This document shows positions 20,210 to 29,598 of a stretch of 32,000 bases of DNA, one piece after another. The translations under genes were made by a program, and so were the position numbers. The notes under the pieces are model-generated. The model was not told where the DNA came from. It did no database searches and was given only the letters and a program-made list of their open reading frames with translations. Within the stretch, counting starts at the first letter, position 1. Each line of letters starts with the position of its first letter. This DNA comes from Pseudomonas aeruginosa (GTDB lineage: Bacteria > Pseudomonadota > Gammaproteobacteria > Pseudomonadales > Pseudomonadaceae): contig NZ_LN831024.1 of NCBI RefSeq assembly GCF_001457615.1, positions 1,110,001 to 1,142,000 of the forward strand, in the 5' to 3' direction.

Positions 20210-21373
20210 CTAGGCCCCGACCTGTTCGGCCGGCGACACGATCAGGCCCTTGCCGCCGCGCGAGCGGCCGGAGCTGAGGTAGTCGGCGATGGATTCCTGG
20301 GTGACCTCGCCGAGGAACTGCTGGTCGGGGTCGAGCACCGGCAGCCAGGAGCTGTTGAACTCGTACATCCGCGACAACAGGATGCGCAGGTGCTCGTCGT
20401 GGCTGGCGGTGACCCGGAACGGGGTGACGAACGGTTCGCAGGTGCCTTCCTGGCGGCGCAGGTCCTTGCGTCGCACGTAGCCCAGGCCCTTGCCCTGGTC
20501 ATCCACCACGATCAGGTAGCGCCGGTCGTTCTCGTCCATCAGTTCCAGCGCCTCGGCCACCGGGGTCTGCGGCCGGGCGGTGACCAGGCTGCTGTCGGCG
20601 GCGTCTTCGGCGCGCACCAGGAGCAGGCGCTTGAGCGTGCTGTCCTGGCCGGTGAAGGCGCTGACGAACTCGTCCGCCGGGTGCGCCAGCAGGGTGTCCG
20701 GGTGGTCGTACTGGAGCAGCCGGCCGCTCTTGAACACCGCCACCTTGTCACCCAGCTTGATGGCTTCGTCGATGTCGTGGCTGACCATGATCACGGTCAT
20801 GCCGAGCTTGCGCTGCATTTCGAAGAACTCGTTCTGGATCGACTCGCGGTTGATCGGATCGACCGCGCCGAACGGCTCGTCCATCAGCAGCAGCGGCGCG
20901 TCCGCCGCCAGCGCGCGGATTACCCCGACGCGCTGCTGCTGGCCGCCGGAGAGTTCGCGCGGGTAGCGTTGCAGGTACTGCTTGGGCTCCAGCTTGACCA
21001 TGCTCATCAGCTCGCGGGCCTTCTCCTTGCAGCGCGCCTTGTCCCAGCCGAGCAGGCGCGGCACGACCATGATGTTTTCCTCGATGGTCATGTTCGGGAA
21101 CAGGCCGATCTGCTGGATCACGTAGCCGATGTGGCGGCGCAGGGTGACCTCGTCGAGGTCCGCGGTGTCCTGGCCGTCGATCAGCACGCGGCCGGAGGTC
21201 GGCGGGATGATCCGGTTGATCATCTTCAGGGTGGTGGTCTTGCCGCAGCCGGAGGGGCCGAGGAAGACGCAGATCTCGCCTTTCTCCACGGTCAGGCTGA
21301 CGGAATCGACGGCGCGGAACTCCTTGCCGTTCTTCTGGGTGAAGGTCTTGCTGAGCTTGTCCAGTTCGATCAT
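20210..21373 (-). CDS. opuCA: Osmoprotectant (carnitine/glycine betaine) ABC transporter ATP-binding protein with CBS domains
   Basis: Walker A GPSGCGKTTTLKMINR; LSGGQQQRVGVIRALAADAPLLLMDEPFGAVDPI; C-terminal CBS-like repeats. Confidence 0.92.
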   Translation of the reverse strand: MIELDKLSKTFTQKNGKEFRAVDSVSLTVEKGEICVFLGPSGCGKTTTLKMINRIIPPTSGRVLIDGQDTADLDEVTLRRHIGYVIQQIGLFPNMTIEENIMVVPRLLGWDKARCKEKARELMSMVKLEPKQYLQRYPRELSGGQQQRVGVIRALAADAPLLLMDEPFGAVDPINRESIQNEFFEMQRKLGMTVIMVSHDIDEAIKLGDKVAVFKSGRLLQYDHPDTLLAHPADEFVSAFTGQDSTLKRLLLVRAEDAADSSLVTARPQTPVAEALELMDENDRRYLIVVDDQGKGLGYVRRKDLRRQEGTCEPFVTPFRVTASHDEHLRILLSRMYEFNSSWLPVLDPDQQFLGEVTQESIADYLSSGRSRGGKGLIVSPAEQVGA

Positions 21374-21385
21374 GTTCGGCTCCTG

Positions 21386-22048
21386 TCAGTGCGCGCTGGC
21401 GCGCAGTCCCTTGGGGGTGAGGATGCGTTGCAGCCATTGCAGCAGCAGGTCGGCGACGATGGCCAGGAGGCTGACCAGTACCGCGCCGACCACCAGCATC
21501 GGCATGTTGCTCTGGCTGATGGAAGTGAGGATCAGCACGCCCAGGCCGCCGGCGCCGATCACCGCGGCGATGGTCATCACGCCGATGTTCATCACCACGG
21601 CGGTGCGTACGCCGGCGAGGATCACCGGCACCGCGAGGGGAATGTCGACCATCCGCAGGCGTTGCCAGAAGGTCATGCCGATGCCCTTGCCGGCCTCGCG
21701 GATGCCCGCTTCGACGCCGGTCAGGGCGAGGTAGGTGTTGCGCAGGATCGGCAGCAGCGAATAGAGGAACACCGCGGTGATCGCCGGCAGCGGCCCGAGG
21801 CCCTGGCCGAATACCGAGTAGACCGGCATCAGCAGGCCGAACAGGGCGATCGAGGGGATGGTCAGCATCACCGTGGCGGCGCCCTGCAGCGGGCCGGCCA
21901 GCCACGTGAAGCGGGTCATCAGCACGCCCAGCGGCACGCCGACGAGGATCGCCAGGCCTACGGCGACCAGTACCAGCAGCAGGTGCTGGAGGGTGAGCTG
22001 GCCGACCTGGGACCAGTCGAGATGGGAAAGCACGCTGAAGAAGTCCAT
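21386..22048 (-). CDS. opuCB: Osmoprotectant ABC transporter permease
   Basis: 220 aa membrane protein; PLGVLMTRFTWLAGPLQGAATVMLTIPSIALFGLLMPV, GMTFWQRLRMVDIPLAVPVILAGVRTAVVMNIG (EAA loop). Confidence 0.9.
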   Translation of the reverse strand: MDFFSVLSHLDWSQVGQLTLQHLLLVLVAVGLAILVGVPLGVLMTRFTWLAGPLQGAATVMLTIPSIALFGLLMPVYSVFGQGLGPLPAITAVFLYSLLPILRNTYLALTGVEAGIREAGKGIGMTFWQRLRMVDIPLAVPVILAGVRTAVVMNIGVMTIAAVIGAGGLGVLILTSISQSNMPMLVVGAVLVSLLAIVADLLLQWLQRILTPKGLRASAH

Positions 22049-22983
22049 TACTGGCTACCTCCCTGGCCGGCCTGGCCGTCGTCGAGCAGGTGGTGTTCGC
22101 GGAGGAAGTCGGCGGCGACCTTCTGTGGCGTCTGCTGCTCGATATCGACCCGCGCGTTGAGCGCCTGCATGGTGGCGTCGTCGAGCCGCTCGATGATCGG
22201 ATCGAACAGCGTGGCGAACTCCGGATGGCGCTGCATGACCTCCTTACGCACCACCGGGGCGGCGTTGTAGAAGGGGAAGTACTGCTTGTCGTCCTTCAGC
22301 ACGCGCAGCTTGAAATCCTTCAGGCGGCCGTCGGTGGTGTAGACGAGGCCGAGGAACACCTGGCGGTTCTTCAGCGCGGTGTAGACCAGCCCGGCGTCCA
22401 TCTGGCGGATGTCGTTGCGGGTGAAGTGCAGGCCGTACAGCTCGCTCATGGGGCCGAGGCCGTCGGGGCGGCCGGCGAACTCCGGGTCCATGGCGAACAG
22501 GTGGGTGCTCCCGGGCTCGGCCTCCTGCTGTTCGGCGAGCACCCGCGCGAGATCGCTGACGCTCTGGATGCCCAGGTGCTCGGCCTGTTCCTCGGGCATG
22601 GCCAGGGCATAGGTGTTGTTGAAGCGGGTCGGCTTCAGCCAGACCAGGCCCTGGGCTTCGTCGAGTTGCTTGACCCGGCGGTAGGAAGCCGCGGCGTCGA
22701 GCTTCTCGTCGATGTGGTTGTAGACGATCAGCGACGAGCCGGTGTACTCCCAGACGATATCCAGTTGGCCGCTTTCCTGGGCGGCGCGGGCCAGGGTGCT
22801 GCCCAGGCCGGTGGTGACCGTCACGTCGTAGCCGCGCTTCTGCAGGAACTGCGCGGTGATGGCGGTGAGGATGCGCTGCTCGGTGAAGGTCTTGCCGCCG
22901 ATGCGCAGGGTTTCCGCCTGCGCCAGGCCGGCGGCGAACAGGCCGGCGCAGGCCAGGCAGAGTGAGCGGATCAGTCGGTTCAT
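22048..22983 (-). CDS. opuCC: Osmoprotectant ABC transporter substrate-binding protein (OpuAC-like)
   Basis: MNRLIRSLCLACAGLFAAGLAQAETLRIGGKTFTEQRILTAITAQFLQKRGYDVTVTTGLGSTLARAAQESGQLDIVWEYTG. Confidence 0.92.
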   Translation of the reverse strand: MNRLIRSLCLACAGLFAAGLAQAETLRIGGKTFTEQRILTAITAQFLQKRGYDVTVTTGLGSTLARAAQESGQLDIVWEYTGSSLIVYNHIDEKLDAAASYRRVKQLDEAQGLVWLKPTRFNNTYALAMPEEQAEHLGIQSVSDLARVLAEQQEAEPGSTHLFAMDPEFAGRPDGLGPMSELYGLHFTRNDIRQMDAGLVYTALKNRQVFLGLVYTTDGRLKDFKLRVLKDDKQYFPFYNAAPVVRKEVMQRHPEFATLFDPIIERLDDATMQALNARVDIEQQTPQKVAADFLREHHLLDDGQAGQGGSQ

Positions 22984-23705
22984 CAGGCCTCCTTGGCGGT
23001 CAGGCCGCGTTCCAGGAACATGCGGCTGAACAGCACCACCAGGGCGTCCAGCAGCAGGGCGAGGAGCGCCGTGCAGGCGGCGCCGAGCAGCAGTTGCTGG
23101 TGGTTGTTCAGGTAGATGCCGGGGAAGATCAGGCTGCCCAGGCTGTTGGCGCCGATCAGGAACGCCAGCGGCGCGGAGCCGACGTTCAGTGCCAGGGCCA
23201 CGCGCACGCCGCCGACGATGATCGGCACCGCGTTCGGCAGTTCCACCCGCAGCAGCACCTGGTTGGGCGTCATGCCGATGCCGGTGGCGGCTTCCTTCAG
23301 CGCCGGCGAGACATTGCGCAGGCCCTCGTAGGTGTTGCGCACGATCGGCAGCAGCGAGGCGAGGAACAGGGCGAGGATTGCCGGGCCGTTGCCGATGCCG
23401 ATGATCGCCAGGGCGATGGCCAGCACCGCCAGCGGCGGGATGGTGTTGCCGACGTTGAACACCTGCATCAGGCGTTCGGCCTGGGCCTGCATGCCGGGAC
23501 GGCTGAGCAGGATGCCGGCCGGCACGCCGACCAGCAGGGCGGCCGCCATCGAACTGAAGACCAGCACCAGGTGGGCCTGCAAGTAGAACAGCAGGTCCTC
23601 GCGGTAGTGGAGGATGGTCGCGGGGGTGATCCAGTGGATCAGCAAGGCCAGTACGGCGGCTGCGGCGCAGAGGCCGAGCAGGGCCTTGCCACAGGTTTTC
23701 ACCAT
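22983..23705 (-). CDS. opuCD: Osmoprotectant ABC transporter permease
   Basis: 240 aa: SMAAALLVGVPAGILLSRPG, VFNVGNTIPPLAVLAIALAIIGIGNGPAILALFLASLLPIVRNTYEGL, GMTPNQVLLRVELPNAVPIIVGGVRVA. Confidence 0.9.
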   Translation of the reverse strand: MVKTCGKALLGLCAAAAVLALLIHWITPATILHYREDLLFYLQAHLVLVFSSMAAALLVGVPAGILLSRPGMQAQAERLMQVFNVGNTIPPLAVLAIALAIIGIGNGPAILALFLASLLPIVRNTYEGLRNVSPALKEAATGIGMTPNQVLLRVELPNAVPIIVGGVRVALALNVGSAPLAFLIGANSLGSLIFPGIYLNNHQQLLLGAACTALLALLLDALVVLFSRMFLERGLTAKEA

Positions 23706-24146
23706 GGTCGGGACTCCCTTCGGAATGAGCGTTGGCTACGCTGTCGGGCGCTTCGTCGAAGCGCGGAAACAGGCCGGAAATCAAAGGCTTCGGATGGGCA
23801 CCGAATTCCCGACCCTGAAAGGGTTGACCGTTCGTCGTTCGCGGAGGTTCAACGAAACGGCCATGCTTGTGCCATGACCGGGCCTGGGCAAGCGGCCGCA
23901 GCCGCCGTCTCGCCTGGGCTGGCGGCGAACGAAGAAATTTTCCCGGGGAAGCGGTCGATAATGGCGCTGCCGTGTCGGCGGCGCGCCATGCACCGTATCG
24001 GTGCGCTGGACGTCCAGGGCTTTTCTGCGGTTATGATGCGGGTTCCGAAATTTTCTCGGGCTTTTCCAGACATTCGCACCCCACGGTTCACGGATCGGCC
24101 TTTTGGGGTAGGTGTTTTACCTTCTGCTAAGGGAGTACCCCGCGTC

Positions 24147-25421
24147 ATGCTCGATCTCGTCGCGGCATTCATTGCCTTGACCACCTTGCTCACCTACGTG
24201 AACTACCGCTTCATCCGCCTGCCGCCGACCATCGGCGTGATGGCCACGGCGCTGGTGTTCTCGCTGATCGTCCAGGGGCTGTCGGAACTGGGCTATCCGA
24301 TCCTCGAGGTGGAGATGCAGGAAATCATCCGCCGCATCGACTTCTCCGAAGTGCTGATGACCTGGTTCCTGCCCGCGCTGCTGTTCGCCGGCGCACTGCA
24401 CGTCGACCTCTCCGACCTGCGCAGCTACAAGTGGCCGATCGGCCTGCTGGCCACCGCCGGGGTGCTGATCGCCACCTTCGTCATCGGTGGCCTGGCCTAC
24501 TACACCTTCCCGCTGTTCGGCTGGCAGGTGGATTTCATCTACTGCCTGCTGTTCGGCGCGCTGATCTCGCCGACCGACCCCATTGCCGTGCTCGGCATCC
24601 TCAAGTCCGCCGGCGCGCCGAAACCGCTGGCGACCACCATCGTCGGCGAGTCGCTGTTCAACGACGGCACCGCGGTGGTGGTGTTCGCCATCATCCTCGG
24701 CATCCTCCAGCTCGGCGAGGCGCCCACGGTCAGCGCCACGGCGATCCTCTTCGTCCAGGAAGCCATCGGCGGCGTGGTCTTCGGTGCGGTGCTCGGCTAC
24801 GGCGTGTTCGTGATGATGCGCGGCATCGACCAGTACCAGGTGGAGGTCATGCTGACCCTCGCCCTGGTCATCGGCGGTGCCGCGCTGGCCGCGCGCCTGC
24901 ACGTATCGGCGCCGATCGCGATGGTGGTGGCCGGGCTGATCATCGGCAACCACGGACGCCACTACGCGATGTCGGACGAGACCCGGCGCTACGTGGACAA
25001 GTTCTGGGAACTGATCGACGAGATCCTCAACGCCCTGCTGTTCGCCCTGATCGGCCTGGAGCTGCTGCTGTTGCCGTTCTCCTGGCTGCACGTGGCGGCG
25101 GCCTTCGCCCTAGGCGGCGCGGTGCTGGTCTCGCGCCTGCTCACGGTGGGCCCGGCGATCCTGGTCCTGCGCCGTTTCCGTGGCGCCAACCGGCAGGTAC
25201 CGGCGGGCACCATCCGCATCCTGGTCTGGGGTGGGCTGCGCGGCGGCGTCTCGGTGGCGCTGGCGCTGTCCCTGCCGTTGGGGCCGGAGCGCGACCTGAT
25301 CCTCAGCCTGACCTACATCGTGGTGCTGGTATCGATCCTGCTCCAGGGGCTTTCCATCGGCCCGCTGGTGCGTCGTATCTACGCCGGCCAGCCGCTGGAG
25401 AAAAGCGAGGGGGCGCACTGA
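24147..25421 (+). CDS. nhaP: Na+/H+ antiporter NhaP (CPA1 family), 424 aa
   Basis: MLDLVAAFIALTTLLTYVNYRFIRLPPTIGVMATALVFSLIVQ... with FGALISPTDPIAVLGILK and VVGESLFNDGTAVVVFAI motifs. The long upstream extension of the ORF is noise. Confidence 0.93.
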   Translation: MLDLVAAFIALTTLLTYVNYRFIRLPPTIGVMATALVFSLIVQGLSELGYPILEVEMQEIIRRIDFSEVLMTWFLPALLFAGALHVDLSDLRSYKWPIGLLATAGVLIATFVIGGLAYYTFPLFGWQVDFIYCLLFGALISPTDPIAVLGILKSAGAPKPLATTIVGESLFNDGTAVVVFAIILGILQLGEAPTVSATAILFVQEAIGGVVFGAVLGYGVFVMMRGIDQYQVEVMLTLALVIGGAALAARLHVSAPIAMVVAGLIIGNHGRHYAMSDETRRYVDKFWELIDEILNALLFALIGLELLLLPFSWLHVAAAFALGGAVLVSRLLTVGPAILVLRRFRGANRQVPAGTIRILVWGGLRGGVSVALALSLPLGPERDLILSLTYIVVLVSILLQGLSIGPLVRRIYAGQPLEKSEGAH

Positions 25422-25442
25422 GCGCAGCCTTCGCAAAGCGAG

Positions 25443-25467
25443 CGCCCGCCGTCATGGCGGGCGTTTT
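25443..25467 (+). terminator. Rho-independent terminator after nhaP
   Basis: CGCCCGCC (25443-25450) GTCAT GGCGGGCG (25456-25463) TTTT. Confidence 0.87.
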
Positions 25468-25479
25468 CGTTGGCGGCCA

Positions 25480-25725
25480 TCAGGCGCTGTCCTGTGGCGC
25501 TTCGTTGCGATGGGTGCCGCGCAGGTTCATCGCCGCCAGGCAGACCTGCAGCAGGATCAGCGCATAGGCCTGGGCGTACAGGCCCCAGGCGATCCACAGC
25601 AGGTTGCTGGCGAGGAACACCCAGAAGCCGACCTTGCGTCTTCGCCGATGCGCCGACGCCACCAGCCAGGCGGCCACCACCGTGACCAGCATGGCGGGCC
25701 ATTGCAGGTAGTCCAGCCAGTGCAT
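25480..25725 (-). CDS. Small membrane protein, 81 aa
   Basis: MHWLDYLQWPAMLVTVVAAWLVASAHRRRRKVGFWVFLASNLLWIAWGLYAQAYALILLQVCLAAMNLRG...: plausible 2-3 TM protein. Confidence 0.75.
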   Translation of the reverse strand: MHWLDYLQWPAMLVTVVAAWLVASAHRRRRKVGFWVFLASNLLWIAWGLYAQAYALILLQVCLAAMNLRGTHRNEAPQDSA

Positions 25726-25754
25726 GCGTGCATCCTTTTTCCGACCTTTGAGGG

Positions 25755-26654
25755 TCAGACCAGCCCTGGCGCGGCAAAGTGCGGTCGGATCGGATAGCCG
25801 TGCAGCAGCGACCTGACCCGCTCCTCGTCGAGTGCTCCGTTGAACTCGGCGCCCAGGGCTTCGCGGTGGATGCCGGTGGCGCCCAGCCAGAGCGTATCGA
25901 TGCGCGCGGCGAGGGCGCCGGGGACGTCGGTCACCAGCGAGTCGCCGACGAACAGGATGTGCCGCGCGCCGCGCGCTTCCAGTTGCCGCTGGGCGATGCG
26001 GAAGGCCGCCGGGTCGGGCTTGCCGTACCAGCTGACCTGGCCGCCTTCCTCGCTGAACAGCTCGGCGAGCATGCCCGCGCCGTATACCGTGCGGCCGCCG
26101 GAAACCACCACGCGGTCCGGGTTGGCGCAGAGGAACGGTAGGTCGGTGGCGCCGCGCAGGGGCGCGAAGCGCTGTTCCAGTTCATCCTGGGGAAAGCTGC
26201 CGACGCCGACGATCAGCGCCGCCTGGGCGATGTCCTCGACGAAGCGCTCGCGGATTTCCGCCGGCCAGCTCTGCTGGGCCAGGCCGACGCCGGCCAGGTA
26301 GATACCGCCACGCCGGTATTCGGCGGTTTGCAGCAGGGCGTCGATGGTCAACTGGCCGGACGTGGTGATGCCGGCGAACCAGTCGCGCCGGATGCCCAGG
26401 CGCTCGAGCCCGGCGCTCATTTCCGCCACGCTGCTGGACGAGTTGCTGAGGAACCAGACCGGGCGGCCTTCGGCGTGCCGCCGGGCGAGCCAGGCAAGGG
26501 CGCCGGGGAACGCCTCGGCGCCGTCCATCACTACGCCCCAGAGATCGAGAAGGAAGCCGTCATAGTCGGCGCAGAGCACCTCCAGTTGCGCATGGTCGAG
26601 CAGGCGGGTGCTGGTGGCGGCGCTGAAGCGCGGGGAGGTCGGGGCATCGCTCAT
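25755..26654 (-). CDS. HAD-superfamily class IIA hydrolase (NagD-like)
   Basis: LLDHAQLEVLCADYDGFLLDLWGVVMDGAEAFPGALAWL, VWFLSNSSSSV, WYGKPDPAAFRIA, HILFVGDSLVTDVPGA. Start at 26654 (MSDAPTSPRF). Confidence 0.9.
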   Translation of the reverse strand: MSDAPTSPRFSAATSTRLLDHAQLEVLCADYDGFLLDLWGVVMDGAEAFPGALAWLARRHAEGRPVWFLSNSSSSVAEMSAGLERLGIRRDWFAGITTSGQLTIDALLQTAEYRRGGIYLAGVGLAQQSWPAEIRERFVEDIAQAALIVGVGSFPQDELEQRFAPLRGATDLPFLCANPDRVVVSGGRTVYGAGMLAELFSEEGGQVSWYGKPDPAAFRIAQRQLEARGARHILFVGDSLVTDVPGALAARIDTLWLGATGIHREALGAEFNGALDEERVRSLLHGYPIRPHFAAPGLV

Positions 26655-26758
26655 GGGAGTCTCGTCGCGGCTGTCGAAGTGGGCCGCCGCGTGCGGCGGC
26701 GAGTCCCAAGGGTGCCAAACTTGCGTGACGGGACCAAGCCTTTCGGCCCTGCGCGTGT

Positions 26759-27415
26759 TTACGGCCGGTCGAGCGCCTGGGCCATCCACTCGCGCACATG
26801 GCAGACGGCGAAGCGCGACGGGCTGCATTCGCCGTTGGCCATCGCCAGGCGCAGGCCGTCGACGTCGGCGCCGCGCACATAGGCGCTGGCGTCGCGCATG
26901 TCGTCCTCGTCGCCGAAACCGCCGTGCTGCATTTCCTCCAGCGCGGCCTGCTTGTCCCAGCCCTGCACGACGATGCGGTACATGGCGGCGAACAGTCCGG
27001 TGCGGTTGTTGCCGTGCTTGCAGTGCATCAGTACCGGGCCTTCGCGCTCGGCGGCCTGCAACTGGCGGAGGACGCTGAGCACCTCGGCGTCGTCGACCCG
27101 GTCGGCGTGGGTCGGCAGGCTGAGCACCCGCACCGGAGCCTGGCCCAGCCAGGCGCGGTCGTCGTCCTTGATGAAGCTGACCACCGTCTTCACCTGCAGG
27201 CGTTGCAGCAGCGCGACGCTCTGTGCGTTGGGCAGCGCGCTGCGATAGAGGGTGGGGCTCATGCGGTAGAGGTTGATCGACGGGTCGACCGCTTGCGCCC
27301 AGGCTGGCGAACGCGTGGCGGCAGTCTCGGCGGCATGCAGCGGGCCGCCGAGCAGGAAGGCGCCGAGCACGGCGGCGAGGAGCAGGCGGAGCCAGGCGAG
27401 CGGTGAACGGTGCAT
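26759..27415 (-). CDS. tpbA: Periplasmic dual-specificity tyrosine phosphatase TpbA
   Basis: Signal peptide MHRSPLAWLRLLLAAVLGAFLLGGPLHAAE; P-loop VLMHCKHGNNRTG (HCx5R); 218 aa. Confidence 0.93.
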   Translation of the reverse strand: MHRSPLAWLRLLLAAVLGAFLLGGPLHAAETAATRSPAWAQAVDPSINLYRMSPTLYRSALPNAQSVALLQRLQVKTVVSFIKDDDRAWLGQAPVRVLSLPTHADRVDDAEVLSVLRQLQAAEREGPVLMHCKHGNNRTGLFAAMYRIVVQGWDKQAALEEMQHGGFGDEDDMRDASAYVRGADVDGLRLAMANGECSPSRFAVCHVREWMAQALDRP

Positions 27416-27509
27416 GTCGGCCTCGTGCGGTGGGTGGCCAACACTAGGCGAGGGCGGGTCAAGCCGAGCTGAAGAGAATGTGAAGAATTCGTTGAGGCAG
27501 CCTCACCTG

Positions 27510-27899
27510 TCAGCGCAGGAAGAATCCATAGACCCTGCCGGAGAAGAACACCAGCAACAGCGCCGGATAGCACAGGTAGTGCAGCACCACGATGAGCAGT
27601 GCCGCCGGGCTGGGATCGCCTTTCAGCGAGGCGAGGCCGACCAGCAGCAGGTAAAGGACCCCGAGCACTCCGCCATACAGGGCGACCAGGCGCAAGCGCT
27701 CGCCCCAGGTCGGCCAGCGCCGCTGCGCGCGGGCGAACCACCAGGCCAGGCCGCCGGCGACCAGCGCGGCGATCAGCAGGCTGGCCGGCAGGCCGCCGAA
27801 GCGGACCACCCCGCGCAGCAGCACGTTGAGCAGGATCGCCGCGGCGATCCCGGCCAGGGCGTAGTAGCGGATGGGTACGGCAAGGCGGTCGCCCATGGC
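27510..27899 (-). CDS. Small integral membrane protein, 129 aa
   Basis: MGDRLAVPIRYYALAGIAAAILLNVLLRGVVRFGGLPASLLIAALVAGGLAWWFARAQRRWPTWGERLRLVALYGGVLGVLYLLLVG... Confidence 0.82.
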   Translation of the reverse strand, partial: AMGDRLAVPIRYYALAGIAAAILLNVLLRGVVRFGGLPASLLIAALVAGGLAWWFARAQRRWPTWGERLRLVALYGGVLGVLYLLLVGLASLKGDPSPAALLIVVLHYLCYPALLLVFFSGRVYGFFLR

Positions 27900-27916
27900 G
27901 GTATCTCCTGGCGGTT

Positions 27917-28747
27917 TCAGAGGCGCGTGTCGAGACCGAAGCGCTTCTTCAGCAGCCGCTCCAGCAGGCCGCGCGGTAGCCAGCGGGCCAGCGCCGGCAG
28001 GGCCCGGCTGCCATTGCCGATGCGCACCAGCGGCGGGCGCGGACGGCGCTGCACGGCGGCTAGCAACTGGCGGGCGAAGTCTTCGGCGGACGTGGGATTG
28101 TCCTGGGATGCCGCGGCGCGCGCCTGGATCTGCCGGCGCAACGGCCACCAGGGCGAGCGTTCGTCGACCACGCTGTCCAGCTCGCGGCTGGCGCTGGCGC
28201 CGAAGTTCGAGGCGATGGCGCCCGGCTGCACTTCCAGCACCTCGACGCCGAACGGTGCCAGCTCCAGGCGCAGGGCATCGCTCAGCGCATGCACCGCGGC
28301 CTTGGAGGCGCAGTAGGCGCCGGCGAAGGGCGTGACCAGCACGCCGGAGACGCTGCCGACGTTCACCACCAGGCCGGACTTGCGCCTCAGTAGCGGGAAC
28401 AGCGCGCGGGTCACGCCGACCACGGCGAACACGTTGGTCTCGAACTGCCGGCGCATGGCTTCGACGCCGCCGTCCAGCAGCGGACCCATGGCGCCGTAGC
28501 CGGCGTTGTTGACCAGCACGTCGAGGCCGGCGGCTTCGACTCCCAGTTCCTCGGCCAGACGGGCCAGCGCGGCGGCGTCGTTGACGTCCAGTTGCACCGC
28601 CTGGAAGCCGGCCTCGGCCAGGGCACGCACGTCGTCCTCCTTGCGCGCGCTGGCCCAGACCCGGTAGCCGGCGCGCTGGAAGGCGTCGGCGAGGGCGCGG
28701 CCGATGCCGCTGGAGCAGCCGGTGACGAAGGCGACGGGTTGGCTCAT
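27917..28747 (-). CDS. Short-chain dehydrogenase/reductase
   Basis: VAFVTGCSSGIGRALADAF, NNAGYG, YCASKAAVHALSDALRLEL. Confidence 0.93.
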   Translation of the reverse strand: MSQPVAFVTGCSSGIGRALADAFQRAGYRVWASARKEDDVRALAEAGFQAVQLDVNDAAALARLAEELGVEAAGLDVLVNNAGYGAMGPLLDGGVEAMRRQFETNVFAVVGVTRALFPLLRRKSGLVVNVGSVSGVLVTPFAGAYCASKAAVHALSDALRLELAPFGVEVLEVQPGAIASNFGASASRELDSVVDERSPWWPLRRQIQARAAASQDNPTSAEDFARQLLAAVQRRPRPPLVRIGNGSRALPALARWLPRGLLERLLKKRFGLDTRL

Positions 28748-28833
28748 GGGCAGCGTTCCTTGGCTGGGAGTTGGAAGGAGGGCGGCCTACCGTACTGGAT
28801 TCGCCGGCCGCGGAAAACCGCTCGAAGGCTCGG

Positions 28834-29583
28834 TCAGGCGTCCTTGCGCGCGATCCGTAGCGCCAGCGGCATGCGAACCCTGCGTGTCGAGGTCGGCTCG
28901 CCCCAGAGCGCGGCGACCCGTTGCAGGGCCTGGCGCACGAAAGCGTTGCCCTGCGCCTCGCGGCACAGGCGGCTGGCCGACCAGGTGGCCATGTAGTCGA
29001 ACAACCGGGCCAGGCTCCATTGTTGCTCGATGACGAAGGCCGGCGCGGGGAGTTCGCCCAGCGGCAGCTCGACATCCCGGTAGGCGTTCCACAGCAGGCG
29101 GTTCTGTTGCGCCCAGTACGGGCCGATCGGGCGCAGGTATTCCTCGTCGATGGCGGCATCGATCTCCGCGTCGATGCTGAACCAGCCGTAGCCCCAGGCG
29201 GCGAACACGCCGCCGGGACGCAGCACGCGCAGCAGCTCGCGGTTGAAGCGCGAATGGTCGAACCAGTGCCAGGCCTGGGCTACGCAGACCAGGTCGAAGG
29301 CGGCGTCGGGATAGTCGGTGGCTTCGGCGTCCTGCACGCTGTAGCGGATACCCGGATGGACAACGGCGTGTTCGATCTGCTGCGTGCTGGTGTCGCTGGC
29401 GAGGACTTCGCCGAAGTACTGCGCCAGGCCGAGCGCGGCCTGGCCGGTACCGGTGGCGCAGTCCCAGGCGCGCCGGCGCTGGCCGCAGAGCCCGGCGAGA
29501 TGGCGGTAGAGCGCATCGGGATAACGCGGGCGGGCGCTGGCGTAGGCAGCGGAGCCCTGGTCGAACAGACGGCGGGTTTCCAT
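28834..29583 (-). CDS. Class I SAM-dependent methyltransferase
   Basis: AWDCATGTGQAALGLAQYFGEVLASDTSTQQIEHA, FDLVCVAQAWHWFDHSRFNRELLRVLRPGGVFAAWGYG. Confidence 0.92.
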   Translation of the reverse strand: METRRLFDQGSAAYASARPRYPDALYRHLAGLCGQRRRAWDCATGTGQAALGLAQYFGEVLASDTSTQQIEHAVVHPGIRYSVQDAEATDYPDAAFDLVCVAQAWHWFDHSRFNRELLRVLRPGGVFAAWGYGWFSIDAEIDAAIDEEYLRPIGPYWAQQNRLLWNAYRDVELPLGELPAPAFVIEQQWSLARLFDYMATWSASRLCREAQGNAFVRQALQRVAALWGEPTSTRRVRMPLALRIARKDA

Positions 29584-29598
29584 CGGGTCCTCCCTCGG

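Noticed and set aside
20111-22270. 719-aa plus-strand ORF opposite opuCA/opuCB
   Set aside because: Shadow frame of clear ABC transporter genes.
22962-24146. N-terminal extension of the 819-aa ORF before nhaP
   Set aside because: Antisense to opuCD then intergenic; the antiporter begins at MLDLVAAF (24147).
27900-29159. Upstream portion of the 549-aa minus-strand ORF containing the small membrane protein
   Set aside because: It shadows the SDR and methyltransferase genes in another frame; only the C-terminal 129 aa (from 27899) is plausible coding.
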